Counted from the first letter of the stretch, positions 38,455 through 51,291 are shown. The stretch is 64,000 bases of DNA from Dendrobates tinctorius (GCF_039654945.1 NW_027361812.1:15810001-15874000), one strand, 5' to 3'. The notes: generated by a model from the letters alone, not told the origin. Translations and numbers: made by a program.

Positions 38455-40040
38455 GCCTGGTGGAGGGGTAGAGTGAGATAGGGGAAAGATTATGAATTCT
38501 GTTTTGTCCATGTTCAGTTTTAGAAAGCAAGAAGAAAATAAAAGAAAGAAAGCTGAAATAGCGGACAGACATTGTGGGATTTTGGATTTTGGCCAGTAGA
38601 GAGGTGATGTCAGGTCCAGATAGGTAGATCTGCGTGTCGTCGGCATAGAGATGATACTGCAAACCTTGGGATTCTAAGAGCTGTCCCAGGCCAAAGGTGT
38701 AGATGGAGACGAGTAGGGGTCCTAGAACTGAGCCTTGGGGAACACTGACAGACAGGGGGCAAGTTGAGGAGGTGGTGTGGGAGAGGGAGACTCTGAATGT
38801 CCGATCTGTTAGATATGACGACATTCAGGATAAGGCCAAATCTGTGATGCCAAGAGATGAGAGAATCTGTAACAGGAGGGAATGGTCCACAGTGTCAAAG
38901 GCAGAAGTCAGGTCCCGGAAGAGGAGGACAGAGTAGTGTCGCTTGCTCTTGGCGGTTAGTAGGCCATTGGTGAGTTTGTGTATTGGGGGCTGTGCACTAG
39001 TAATGGGGGGATGTGTGTGCACTAGGAGAGGAGAGGGAAGAGAATGTCAGTAGGTTGTGGTCAGACAACAGGAGGGGTGAGTTAGTGAGATTAATAAGGG
39101 AACAGCGGCAGGTGAAGATAAGGTCCAGCGTGTGGCCATCTTTGTGAGTAGCCACGGAGGACCATTGAGTGAGGCCAAAGGAGGCAGTCAGTGATAAAAG
39201 TTTAGTGGCAGCTGAGGTGGGAGTGTCAATGGAGATGTTGAAGTCACCCATGATGATAATGGGGATGTCAGCAGAAAGGAAATGAAGTAGCCAGGTAGTG
39301 AGGTGGTCGAGAAAGGTGGAGATGGCTAGTTCTGGCCGGCGGTAGATGACAGCCAGCTGGAGGTTGGAGAGGGAGCAGATGCGGACGGAGTGCACCTCCA
39401 ATGAGGGAAGAGTAGCGGAGGGTGGTAGCAGAATTGGGGTAAAGGAGCAGGTATCGGACAGGAGCAAGCCAACTCCTCCACCACGTTTGTTGCTGGGTCG
39501 AATGATGTGAGAGAGATTGAATCCGCAGAAAGAAAGTGCAGCTGGAGAGGCAGATTCAGAGTGGGTGAGCCAGGTTTCAGTGATGCCAAGGAAGGAGAGT
39601 TTGTTGGTGATAAAGAGGTAATGGATATATGACAGTTTGTTGCAGAGAGTGCGTTCCATAGTGCTCCAGGTAGGGGGACCGGGGGAGTGGAGGCTGGGTG
39701 AATGGGTATGAGGTTATCATCATTGTGAAAACGTGTAGAGGATCGTGGCAGGGTTTTAGAAATGAGTGTGGGGATGTGCTGAGGAGGGCCAGGATTTGGG
39801 GATATGTCGCCAGCAATGAGGAGCAGCAGACAGAGCGTTAGAAGGTGGGAGCAGGATGTGGCCGCAAGTGCCTGGAGAAAAAGAATTGTATGTGGGGGAA
39901 CAGTTTTGAGGAGGAGGTGAGATGGTTGGGGAGGATGGAGGGGGAAATGACTAGTTCCTTACTAGATGGGGGATTATAGGAGATAGTAAAAAATAAAGTA
40001 GTATGGGGGTGAAAGTTAAAAGAAACTGAAACATTGTAGT
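38455..40040 (-). mobile_element. L2 LINE relic: leader, 2A-like peptide, APE endonuclease and partial RT, internally deleted
   Basis: EN motifs GITETWL, GGGVG, IIMGDFN, THKDGHTLDL, SDHNLL (38997-39659). RT motifs [30 protein letters not shown] (38405-39022). Frameshifted. Confidence 0.9.
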
Positions 40041-40454
40041 GGTTTTCTATTCTGTTACTTTAGTCAATTCCAGACCAATTCTAGTCTAATTCAAAGTAGG
40101 GTAATTAGAAATCTGTAATTTGAAAGATAGAATTTGAAAGCTGCCTGGATCAGACTGACGTCTGGATCAGACGCATGGCTCAGAATATATCTGAAACGAA
40201 GGACAATCAGGTGTGAGTGAGGGGTTGAGTGTGAATCGCCAGACCATTCATTTTTTTCCCCCAATTATATGGCAATGTCTTCCCTTCAAATGTATTTTTT
40301 TTTTCTTTTCCTCCTTGCTGTCTTGAATACAACCAATGAACAATAAAAACTGTCTGGGCACACCCCAAAGGGATAGGTTTCTGCCACTTGGCTACATTTT
40401 TAGATTATCTGAACCCCATCGTCTCTCTCTGTGCCCTCTCTGTGGTTTTTTTTC

Positions 40455-40560
40455 TTTCCTGATGAAGGAGATTGTTCACCTCTCAATTGTGTAGACTAAT
40501 AAAACTGCTCTTGGTTGAACACCATCATCTCCATTGGATATGCTCTTGACCAGCAGCGCA
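40455..40560 (+). mobile_element. Decayed Penelope-like terminus with hammerhead core
   Basis: CCTGATGAAGGAG...CCTCTC..GTGTAGACTAATAAAA...CAGCAGCGCA; same layout as the arms at 43048-43390. Confidence 0.45.
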
Positions 40561-41424
40561 GTAAATGTATCCATATATCTCTTTCTACTATTGTAGAGAT
40601 AACAGATCACATGATTTAATCAGTTAATTAGAAGGGTAAAATACAGGTTGGATCCTTGTCAATAGTTGTAGCCAAGAGCACACATACCAAGCACATTAGT
40701 ATTGCCAGCTGTTTTGGGGCTGATTGAGAAGCAGAATCCAACTCAACAGAAGGAGGCGAGTATCCAAGTGCAGTAGACCAGAGACCAGAGATGATGCTGG
40801 GTAGTGCCGGGAAAGGCAGTTTTCTGTTTCTTCTCCCAATTTCCTTTCTATTACCCTAATGCAAGGTGTTACCAACCTATTCCTTCATTCTCCAGACAAA
40901 ATAGTAAAAGGTGATGGTACCAAATTTGACTTGAGTACACATAGGTTATATGTGACCCGTTGTGTTCACAGACATGGCAACCCTTCCAAATTAAGGCGTA
41001 GAATCATATAGAGGGGCATGGGCTACATGGCAAAGTCTGCCACCAATATTTTCTGTGGCTGCATTGCTACTTCAGGGCCGCCGGTACATGTTGGCACCTT
41101 GAGCCGCATTTATTTGTGTGTCATTTATGAATTATTGATGCAGCGTTCCATTGCATTACATCACAATGCTTCTCACCTGTTTGCAAACACATATGATACA
41201 ATGGTTTGGGTGCTGTCAGTCATGATCAAGTGTGAATGTTCGTCATCTCATGGCCTTCAAAACAGCATCAAAGCATAAATTTTCAAGTTACACTTGCACA
41301 CGGTTTGTGAAGCAATGCAGCGGGAAGGATGTTGCAAATATATTGGAGAAATAACCACAGATCTTCTGTATATGTAGACATGAGCAAATCCTTCTGTCTC
41401 TTCATGTAATCCAAATCATTGTGC

Positions 41425-41530
41425 TTTGGTCCTCATGTAGGTTTGGAAACGTTGAAACGCGTTGACACAATAAACTGCATTCATGCTTTAACCTTGTGTG
41501 TGACTACACCATTGACCTTGGGCAGCGTGG
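41425..41530 (+). mobile_element. Decayed Penelope-like terminus
   Basis: TTGAAACGCGTTGACACAATAAA...GGCAGCG. Confidence 0.4.
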
Positions 41531-41862
41531 ACTAGTCTGAACCACCGTATTCCTCTTTTTCTGCATTCATGTAATCCCAGACAGACTCGATGATGCAGAG
41601 ATAATAGCTCTGTGTGGCCATATCATCACTTCCAGGGCTCCTTGTTCTTCTTTACATGGCAGATAGCTCTTAATGACATTGGCTGTATGTTTGGTGTCAT
41701 TGTTAAATTAGGCTAGGTTACGCTACATTTTTGCAACCTGTTGGCAGTTGCTGCTTCTGTTATCAAGTTGGTCAAGTTTACCATTAAAAGGGGATGCAAA
41801 CAGGACACCAAAATGAAGCAGGTTCCCTGAAGTCAATGGCAATGACATGCAACAGGATAAGC

Positions 41863-42042
41863 GAATGGCGGACACATCATTGATGCAACCTGTGCAGCCG
41901 GACAAGGAGCCAAGACATAACAAGGTCACTTCAACCTCCAAAGCAGGTGGAATAAGACATTGTGATAAGCTATTAGACTGGAAAGGGTCCATATACTGTT
42001 TATTTTTGCACAGGGGTCCTCTTTTATCTGTTGCCGCCAATG
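41863..42042 (+). mobile_element. hAT-type MITE (family copy 2)
   Basis: Perfect 8-bp TSD GGATAAGC (41855-41862, 42043-42050); ends ATGGCGG / CCGCCAATG. Confidence 0.85.
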
Positions 42043-42689
42043 GGATAAGCATTGAGTGGCATCTTGTTTTTATGATTTGTTTTCCTACATTGAAAATAAA
42101 AACAGCGAGGTTGATTTATGAAACCATCTAAAGGAAAGCTGATTTTGTTTGAACATAGTATCCAATCACAGAGCAGCTTTCATTTTGCAGGAGCAGAATA
42201 AAAATGGAAGCTGAGCTGTTATTGGCTGCTATGGGCAAAAAGGACAGTTTTTGTCATGTAACTGTTCATTTTTGTTGCGCCAGCATCAATATTTTCTTAT
42301 ACAAGTAGATACCATGTAAAAAAAATTGCAAACATCCAAAAAATAAAGGTCCACAAAGAACAGCGGTCTGGATGAAGGATGTGGATATTCTTATATACTG
42401 TATCTGCATACAATAAGACTGAAGTCATCATTGGAACACCATTCTGTGCTGGACCTCCATTCATTTTTGGATATATAAGGATTAATTATTGTCCAAGTTT
42501 GCCATGGTCAGGCAATGTGGACATTGTGAGGATGGGTCGTGAGTTCACCAATTTTTATTTTTTTTTGTATGGCTCTGTGAAAAGGTTGGTTTGGAGAATG
42601 TGTAATTATCATTATGATGTTTGGATCATTGGTGGAAGTTGGCATTATAAAAAACATGGACTACTAGTCGTCTGTGTCCGTTTAGGTAA

Positions 42690-42881
42690 GGGCTTACTTA
42701 TACCTCAGTATTTGGTCAGTATTTTGCATCAGTGTTTGTATATAAAAACAAGGAGGGGAACTTATAAAGAAAAATTATAATTGAAAGTCTAACACCTGTT
42801 CTCTGTTTGGAGACACTTCTAGTTTTGGCACGCAAATACCGACTAAATACTGATTCAAAATACTGATGTGTGAATAAACTC
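42690..42881. mobile_element. Older Harbinger MITE of the 10368 family
   Basis: TCAGTATTTGGTCAGTATTT...AAATACTGA; TAA on both flanks. Confidence 0.7.
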
Positions 42882-43047
42882 TAATGAGAAGTAGAAGGAA
42901 GATGGGGACCAAAAGCGTAAAGAGGGTCTTATCCAGTATTAAAGGGTTCATTGTTGGGCAGGGATTCATGGTGTAATACACACCAATATTAGAGCTTGAG
43001 AAGATCAGCTGCTGCAGATCCACAGGTTTAAAAAACATAGATTACAA

Positions 43048-43390
43048 GAAAAGATAAGAATAAGTGGCTCATAGGAGCTGCTGACGGAAACCAGGAATAT
43101 TCCAGGAGACTCAGTAATAACTTGATGCAGTTTTATTAGCTACAAGTTTCAAAATCATCTAACTCCTTCATCAGGATAAAACCACAGTGGTTTATATACT
43201 GATGAAGAAATCCGATGATTTCAAGAAGCATAGAAAACCACTGCAGTTTGCAGCCTGATGAAGAAATAGGATGACTTTGAGAAGCGTAGATAGCGTAGAT
43301 AATATAACCAGTTCAAGTTTTTACGGAGACTCCTGGAATATTCCTGGTTTCCACCAGCAGCGCAGAGGAACCATTTGTTTTTATCTTTTC
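43048..43390. mobile_element. Inverted Penelope-like termini with three CTGATGA hammerhead cores
   Basis: Arms GCTGCTG..GGAAACCAGGAATATTCCAGGAG / CTCCTGGAATATTCCTGGTTTCC..CAGCAGC. Cores at 43168-43174 (-), 43199-43205 (+) and 43255-43261 (+). Confidence 0.7.
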
Positions 43391-43649
43391 GATATAGGTA
43401 GTGAGCACCTGGTATCTATTGGTTTAACTGAACATGCACTAATCTAATGATTTACATCTAGATTAGAATTTCAGAAAGTACCACATTGTACCCCATGGTC
43501 ATCAATCCCAGAAGTTCACCATGATTGTTGTTGGCTGTGATAATATTTAGTTTTTTGCTCTTTATCCATGACCTTCATTCCTATTCCTTTTCTATGATGC
43601 ATATGTTACATTTCTCTATACACTCATATAATTAGGGCTGGATGCTGTT

Positions 43650-43796
43650 ATGCAAGAACATTATATGGGCCCTTTGCAGCCCAATAGTTCTGTCTACGAC
43701 AGAAGCTGCTTGCTGCTTTGGAGGTGGTAGTGGCCCCCTTATCTTTTGGGCCCCTGTGAGACTGCCCAGGCTGCACCAATGATATATTTGCCCCTG
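43650..43796 (-). mobile_element. hAT-type MITE (family copy 3, partial, inverted)
   Basis: TGCACCAATGATATATTTGCCCCTG is the reverse complement of the family 5' end. Confidence 0.6.
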
Positions 43797-44615
43797 GAAG
43801 GATGGCCACCCTACCATGTGTCTTGCAGCTCCCTTCACTATATAACTACAGGTTCCCCTTTTATTTCAATGGGATTGTAGTGTATTTTTCCTACACTATC
43901 TGCCTTTTTTACAGAGTAGAAGATGTCACATGTTAATTGCATAGAACTGTAATATGTCATATATAGTTGTGTGTGCTTATGTTGTTATAGTTACTAGTAC
44001 TGGACCTTAATGTTCCTATTGCTTGCATGGTGAATTTTACAGGCATTTAGGCCATGGCCACTACCTTGTGTGAAACTGGGAAAAATTATCCTTTGGCAAT
44101 ATGTTGGGTGGGGGCACCATTGATTTGTCTTGGGTTGTATGAGGGCATAATCACACAGGAGCCCTGTGTCATAGGTATGGACCTGTGCCAAGCCATATTT
44201 AAGGAACCTCTATGGGTGGTTGCTGATATGTTGGTTGGTGAAAAGCAAAGAAGGAGTTGGGGCCAGTGCTGAGGCCAATCAGTCTGGACAGCTGGTTGCC
44301 AAGAAGTTGCGAATCTGCAAGGTAGATACGGGTCCTATAGTACAAGTTACAGAGGGGCTACTGGATTTGTTGTCCTAACTTGATTGAAGCAAGAAGAACA
44401 GGAGCACATGGCAAGCACAACAGAAATATACCCAGTGGCGTAGCATTGGTTGCCAGGGCCCGAGACAAGATATATATTTTGTGCTGGTTAATCCGTGGAT
44501 CATTAGAGATAAAAATTTTAAAATAAAATTACATATATATATATTTTTTACTGTGCATTTGTATTTCAGTTTTTGTGATTTTTTTCTCTAATGTAACTAT
44601 GTTATTACCTTAAGC

Positions 44616-44776
44616 CGGTGTTCCCCAACTCCAGGCCTCAAGAGCCACCAACAGATCATGTTTTCAGGATTTCTTTAGTGTTGCCCAGTAGATAATTCCA
44701 TCACCTGTGTATACTAAGGAAATCCTGAAAAAGTGATCTGTTGGTGGCTTTTGAGGCCTGGAGATGGGGAACAATG
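44616..44776. mobile_element. hAT (Charlie-like) hairpin MITE
   Basis: TIR CGGTGTTCCCCAACTCCAGGCCTCAA / TTGAGGCCTGGAGATGGGGAACAATG; 8-bp flanks CCTTAAGC / CCCTAAAC. Confidence 0.8.
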
Positions 44777-45939
44777 CCCTAAACAAACTTAACCAGGGGG
44801 AAAAACTCCCTTGGAAAAAGTGCATGAACAAGATGCGGCTTTCCAAACAGCGCATAGCACAAGATAAGGAAGTTCGTCATTCTTCTGAAGATAAAAGAAT
44901 TATGGCTTTATTGTCCACAAATTAAAATCTCGCTCAGACCAGCAAGAGATACACCTATGTTATTACCCTAGTCCTAACCTAACTCAGGTTGGGAGAGCCG
45001 TGGCCAGTTCAAGCACCACTTTCCCATCTCGATCCGACTTATGCAACCGTCTGACTGCACCCTATAGATAGGGTCACACAACCAATTTTTCCAAATGAAT
45101 TTGGCAGTTGCCATGCCTCTTCTCTGCTTCCAACCCAACCCACTTATTTGTAGGTGGGCGAAAATGGCATGAGAGCGCCACAAGTTGCAGAATGTTAGTA
45201 AAGCTTTCAGTTGTGCCAAAATGTTGTGATTTTCAAAAGCTTTTTAGCTAGAAATCTGGTGTAAGAGCTGTGATGAATCAGGCCCTTAGTGTTTATTACT
45301 ATTTGTTTGTTCTTTTTTTCATTTACAGTTGACATTTTCTAAATTTCGGACAAGTGAGAGAAGGAGGCAGCTGTGATAGCGCAAGGTGCAACCTTTGTAA
45401 TCTCACTTGCTGCCTATGCAAAGTGTAGCAGTCACTATGAGCTTGTTCTTTGGCTGCTGCACTCCGCATAAGCAGCGACTGAAAGGACAAAGTTCACGTA
45501 ATCTGACTGAGAGCTTTGTTTATCTGTAATAAAGTTGATTTTCAGAGTGAGATTTTACTACCTGTTGGATCAATGGACGGTGCAGCAATACATAGGGTCT
45601 CCAATCCCAGCAGTGGGATTGTTTTACACCAGTATATACCTACTGATGGGATTTATGTGAAAATGTCAATGCTTAGTTGGTGGCACTAAGTATAGAGTCT
45701 GCTTACTAATAAATGTATTTGTGTAAGAAAAACTATTATCCAAGATGGACCCCAAACTCAACACGTTAATTAATTTATTTAGCAAGAATGTCTTGACTTT
45801 CTGTAAGTTTCATGATCAGTTATTAGATGGTTTACAACAGTCTTGTGTATCTGTAGGCAGTCACATGCTTCCCAATACTGAATGTTGGGTGAAAGATGGA
45901 TCTGACATGATTTTGTTTTTTTTTCCATATCAAGAGGTG

Positions 45940-46099
45940 GGACGTTAATCCAAGGAACTAGTCTTATTGCTCTATGTGGTGTAGGGAAGGAATTTTTCCC
46001 TAATATGGGGCTATTATTGTCTGCCCCATTGGCACTTTGCTTTCTTCTGGATTAAAATGTTAGGCTATAGGTTGAATTCGATGGACTTATGTCTACCTT
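45940..46099 (+). mobile_element. Old CR1 3'UTR fragment
   Basis: GGGAAGGAATTTTTCCC...TTCTTCTGGAT...ATAGGTTGAATTCGATGGACTTATGTCT resembles the CR1 3' end at 37426-37455. Confidence 0.6.
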
Positions 46100-46265
46100 T
46101 AGGGATGAGCGAACCCGTGAAAGTTAGGGTTCTGGTACCCATCCAAACTTTATGTCTAAAGTTCGGTTCGGGTACATGAACCTGAACCTCATAGAAATGA
46201 ATGGGGATCTTCGGAGCTGGAAAAAATCTCTCTCTCTGTCGCTTTCTCTCCTCCCGAACGCCAAG
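46100..46265 (+). mobile_element. hAT-like MITE fragment
   Basis: TAGGGATGAGCGAACC terminus with GTTCGG/CCGAAC subterminal motifs. Confidence 0.5.
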
Positions 46266-48058
46266 CATTAAAGTGGACTTCCTTCTACCTTAAAAAATAT
46301 GAAACTAAGAGAAGTGTCAAAAGCTTCTTATAGTCTCCAGTTTATCCAATGTATGTGACCAGCAGCTGTAAGTCTTTTTCCATGTACAATTTTACCTTTA
46401 GGCTTTACATTGAGCCCATATTCTACTCAGGGTTACCATGTGCCCAGAAATATAGGGCCCTGTCCATAAAAAAAACATTGGAGGTGTCCGTGAATTTTTT
46501 GAAGCTGAAGAAACTTACACAGATTATTTTGACTGTAATTCTCATCATTTTACAGTTTTCAGTGAATACAGATGTCTTCATGTCAGAATTATGGGCTGTA
46601 GACATGGATCACTTACAATCATAATGGTTTATTATAGTTTTCCAATGTGTCCGTAAAAAAAAAAATTGTCCAGGATTTTTTGAAAAACTGTCCAGAAAAA
46701 GTAAAAAGACAAATTGGCAACCTTGATACTATCTGCCTGAGCAAACTTCAGTAGATGGCAAATATTTTTGCCTACAGAATTCATTCGTTCTCCATGTTGT
46801 TTCTTTTTATTACTTTTGGGACTTTACAGCACTGGCAATATGTAGTTATAGCATGTCATGTCTGGTGTACCTCAAGAAGGTAATTAAAGGGTTAGCACCC
46901 TAAAAAACCCAGGGATCTGATATCCATAGGATACGGCATAACTTGCTGATATCTGTAGGCGTGACGCTACACTCTGGAACCCTGAAAATGGGGTTCTGCA
47001 GAAATACGCAGGTTTGACCTCCATTCATTGTCTATGGGATTGGCAGAGAAAGCTGAGAGCTATACTAGACTGGTTCCAGAAAAGTGGTAGAGAAATTTTC
47101 CAGATCAGTCATATATTGTGCATCTTAAAAGCTCTGTTGCCTGTCGATCGCACTTGATAAATATGACATTTTTGCCATAAATGCATTGACAGATTGGATG
47201 AACTGGTTGACTCAGTCTAGATGTGAGGAAGTTATAAGCTGATAAAATATTTACATTTCAGAATAATTTTTTTCATGACATGCAATAATAGTTAACATTT
47301 CAGGTGTCAACCTGTCATTGTAAGCAGGGTCATGGCAACCAAAGACCATCCACCTGCCATTGAGCAAGGCAAATGAGCTGGCATCTAATATCTGTATGGA
47401 CACATGTCTATGCAAATTATAAAGGAAAAAATTGTTCTAGTCCCTTTAACTTCAATAAATAGCTAAATTGCATGTTATTGTCAGATTTTGGTGCTCCCCT
47501 GTCTTCCGTACGCACATTTTAACCAATTAATCTTGGAAGCCGGCAGTTGGATGAACATAGTAGGAGTCAATTCTAGAGACCTGGATCATTTTCCTTATCG
47601 TGATGTGCCCTTGTGCTTATAAGTATAGTGAGACACAGTTCATTTACCACCTGGTAATCTCATTTTTAAGTGTCTGGGAATGGAGCCAAAGCTTTATCAT
47701 TATTATAACAACAAGTATAAACATGACGGCAAGGTTTAGTGAAATATACCTTTCTATTTTCCAAGGAGAGACAGCTAAGAAGTAGTTAAATACGAAGATT
47801 TATTTGTTTCGGAAATATTTTCCTCCTTTAGTCCCTAGAATCCTATTTTCAACCATCCATTAGAGGAAACAGTTCCCACCACACATTTAATTAAATCCAG
47901 CTAAGTATGAGGTTGAGTATGGAACAACCTGCTATTCTTAAACACGCGTACTTAAAGGGAAGCTCATTCACGTAGAGATGGAGCTGATAAATATGTGTGC
48001 ATGTGACTTGTATCAGGAGATTGTAGTTCGGCTGAAGGTTAATATGTCAAGGGAAGCC

Positions 48059-48229
48059 CAGGAGCAGACATATCATTGGTGCAACCTGTGCAGAGGCAAG
48101 GGGGCCCTAGAGGCAAGGGGGCCACTATCACTTCCAAAGCAGGCGGAACTGTGCATTATGATGAGACATTGGGCCACAAAGAGCCCATATACTGTTCTTG
48201 TACACCTCTTCTGTCTGTGTCCACCAATG
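48059..48229 (+). mobile_element. hAT-type MITE (family copy 4)
   Basis: TSD GGGAAGCC / GTGAAGCC; internal similarity to copies 1-3. Confidence 0.75.
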
Positions 48230-48399
48230 GTGAAGCCAGTGTACAAACATCAGCATTAAAATGAACAACCTATTGTAGGCACATTATGCGCTATATACGC
48301 TAAGCCTATATTAACGTTTACTCATAAAACTACCATCCATCACTTTATTACAGAAACTCACCTATTACCAAAGTAAGGCAGCTGTCAGTCATTTGACCC

Positions 48400-50635
48400 A
48401 AAACCTATAACTCTGCCCTTCAACTGGCCAAACAATCCTACCTCACCACCCTCATCACCTCACTATCCAACAACCCAAGACGACTTTTTGAAACCTTAAA
48501 GTCCCTCCTGAAACCTAAAGTACAGGCCCCCATCACCAACCTCAGCAGTGAGGATCTGGCCACTTATTTCCTAGAAAAAATCAACCACATCCATCAGGAT
48601 ATCTCAGCCCTATCTCCTCAGTGCCTGGATCCCCTTCCCTGCCGCACCTCAAGCTCACTAGACATCTTTGAGCCTGTTTCAGAAGAAGAAATTTCCAAGC
48701 TCCTCGCTTCTGCTCGGCCTACAACCTGCAACATTGACCCCATTCCTTCACAGCTCCTGCAGTCTCTCTCACCAGTGGTCACCACTCACCTGACTAAAAT
48801 ATTTAACCTCTCTCTTTCTTCAGGTATATTTCCCTCCTCATTTAAACATGCCATCATAACCCCTTTACTTAAAAAGCCATCCCTGGACCAGAACTGCACT
48901 GCTAACTACAGACCTGTCTCTAACCTTTCCTTCATCTCTAAACTCCTGGAACGCTTGGTCCACTCCCATCTAATCCGCTATCTCTCGGATAACTCTCTTC
49001 TCGACCCCTTACAATCTGGTTTCCGCTCTTTACACTCTACTGAAACTGCCCTCACTAAAGTCTCTAATGATCTAATAACAGCTAAATCGAAAGGTCATTG
49101 CTCCCTGCTGATTCTCCTGGATCTCTCTGCCGCATTTGACACTGTGGATCACCAGCTCCTCCTCACTATGCTCCGCTCTATAGGCCTCAAGGACACAGCC
49201 CTCTCCTGGTTCTCCTCCTACCTCTCTGACCGCTCCTTCACTGTATCTTTTTCCGGCTCCTCTTCCTCTCCTCGTCCTCTTACTATCGGGGTCCCGCAGG
49301 GCTCAGTCCTAGGCCCCCTCCTCTTCTCTTTATACACTGCCCCTATTGGACAAACAATCAGCAGATTTGGGTTCCAGTATCATCTCTATGCTGATGACAC
49401 CCAATTATACACTTCTTCCCCTGACATCACCCCTACCCTAATTCAAAATACCAAGGATTGTCTGTCTGCTGTCTCTAGCATCATGTCCTCCCTCTATCTG
49501 AAACTAAATCTCTCCAAAACTGAACTTCTTGTGTTTCTCCCCTCTACTAACCTCACTCTACCTAACATCGAAATAACCCTGGAGGGTTCAACCATAACTC
49601 CCAAGCAGCATGCCCGCTGTCTTGGGGTCATATTCGACACTGAACTTTCCTTTACTCCGTACATCCGATCACTCAGTCGCTCTTGTCACCTGCATCTTAA
49701 AAACATCTCCAGAATCCGACCTTTTCTCACCTTTGAAACTGCCAAGACTCTTACTGTCGCTCTTATTCATTCTCGTCTGGACTACTGCAACTCTCTTCTG
49801 ATCGGTCTCCCTCTTACCAAACTTTCTCCTCTCCAATCCATCCTTAATGCGGCAGCCAGGGTCATATTTCTGTCCAGCCGCTTCATCGATGCCTCCATCT
49901 TGTGCCAGTCATTACACTAGCTACCTATTCGCTACAGGGTCCAGTATAAACTCATCTCTCTCACCCACAAAGCTCTCCACTGTTCTGCACCGCCTTATAT
50001 CTCCTCTCTCATCTCTGTCTATCGCCCTACACGTGCCCTCCGTTCTACAAATGACCTAAGACTAACATCCCCCGTAATCCGAACCTCGCACCTCCGTCTC
50101 CAAGACTTCTCTCGTGCTGCTCCAGCTCTCTGGAATGCACTTCCCCAGATGATTAGACTGATACTTAGCCCTGACCTATTCAAGCGCGCTTTGAAAACCC
50201 ATCTCTTCAAACAAGCCTACCACATCAACTACTCAGCAAGCTAACTTTGCCCTGTTCCCTCCTTCCAAATATTATTCTGAATCTGCACCCTACTATTTAT
50301 CTGTCTCCAAACCCTCCATGCACATGATAACTGCACTTGATACTTGTCTATTGCACTTAAACACACGGGCTGATGACCGGATCATGCAGCTTTATATGAA
50401 AATCCCTATTTATTATAATTGCCAGACCTGAATTAACAAGCACTTCTCACCTACTGTGTCCCCCCCCATTTCCTTGTAGATTGTAAGCTTGCGAGCAGGG
50501 ACCTCACTCCTAATGTCACTGTTTGAATTGTCTTAACTTGTATTGAATTTATTGTCTGTACATGTCCCCGCTTAATTGTAAAGTGCTGCAGAATATGTTG
50601 GCGCTATATAAATAAAAATTATTATTATTATTATT
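48400..50635 (+). mobile_element. L2 LINE, 5'-truncated, RT domain nearly intact
   Basis: ORF 48775-49920: [64 protein letters not shown]. Premature TAG replaces Trp of SLHWLP. L2 3' end GTAAAGTGCTG...GGCGCTATATAAATAAA(ATT)n. Confidence 0.95.
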
Positions 50636-51052
50636 TGAGTCAAGAGCTCATGGACCATAAAGGATGCTTCCATTGTTTCTTGGAGAGACAGGACTAGTCC
50701 TGTTTGGTCTCATTTCCATTTTATAATGGTGTAGGACTTCCATGCTACATTATCAGCAGCCAAGTGTTAGAGAATTTGTACAAGGGTTTTGGATAGGGTT
50801 AGGAAGGTGAACCAAACACCAGATCTTCAGTCTTAGCACCATAATGGATGGCACAGTTTGATCTTTGTTGTATGGCGCCTCTGTTCTACATATGCCACTG
50901 ATTTCAGTACCAACAAACCTGGGATAGTATCGGGTTCAAGCGCAATGAAAAGAGTAGATAAAGAAAGACCAGCTCACCCATGCACTAGGCGGTTGGAGGC
51001 ACAAGATCCATAGGACAAGATGCAATCACATATGGACAAAGAAACAGATTGA

Positions 51053-51291
51053 TCCAGCTTCCAGAATTTTTTTGCCCCCCAATTTTTTGTTTGATAGAAG
51101 GTACAAGAAATATGAACTAAAATCAATAAAAGTACAGCCTAGCAGCAGCGCGTTTCAGACTGACAAAGAACGCTATGTGTGTTTGAAACGCGTTGCTGCT
51201 ATGCTATCCGTTTATTGATTTTTGTACATATTTTTTGCATCTTCTCCTATGAAATAAAAAAAATTTTCGCAAAAAAATTCTGGAAACTGGA
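51053..51291. mobile_element. Diverged hairpin of Penelope-like termini with hammerhead-like centre
   Basis: Arms TCCAG..TTCCAGAATTTTTTTGC / GCAAAAAAATTCTGGAAACTGGA; centre CTGACAAAG-AACGC-tatgt-GTGTTT-GAAACGCGTTG. Confidence 0.6.
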
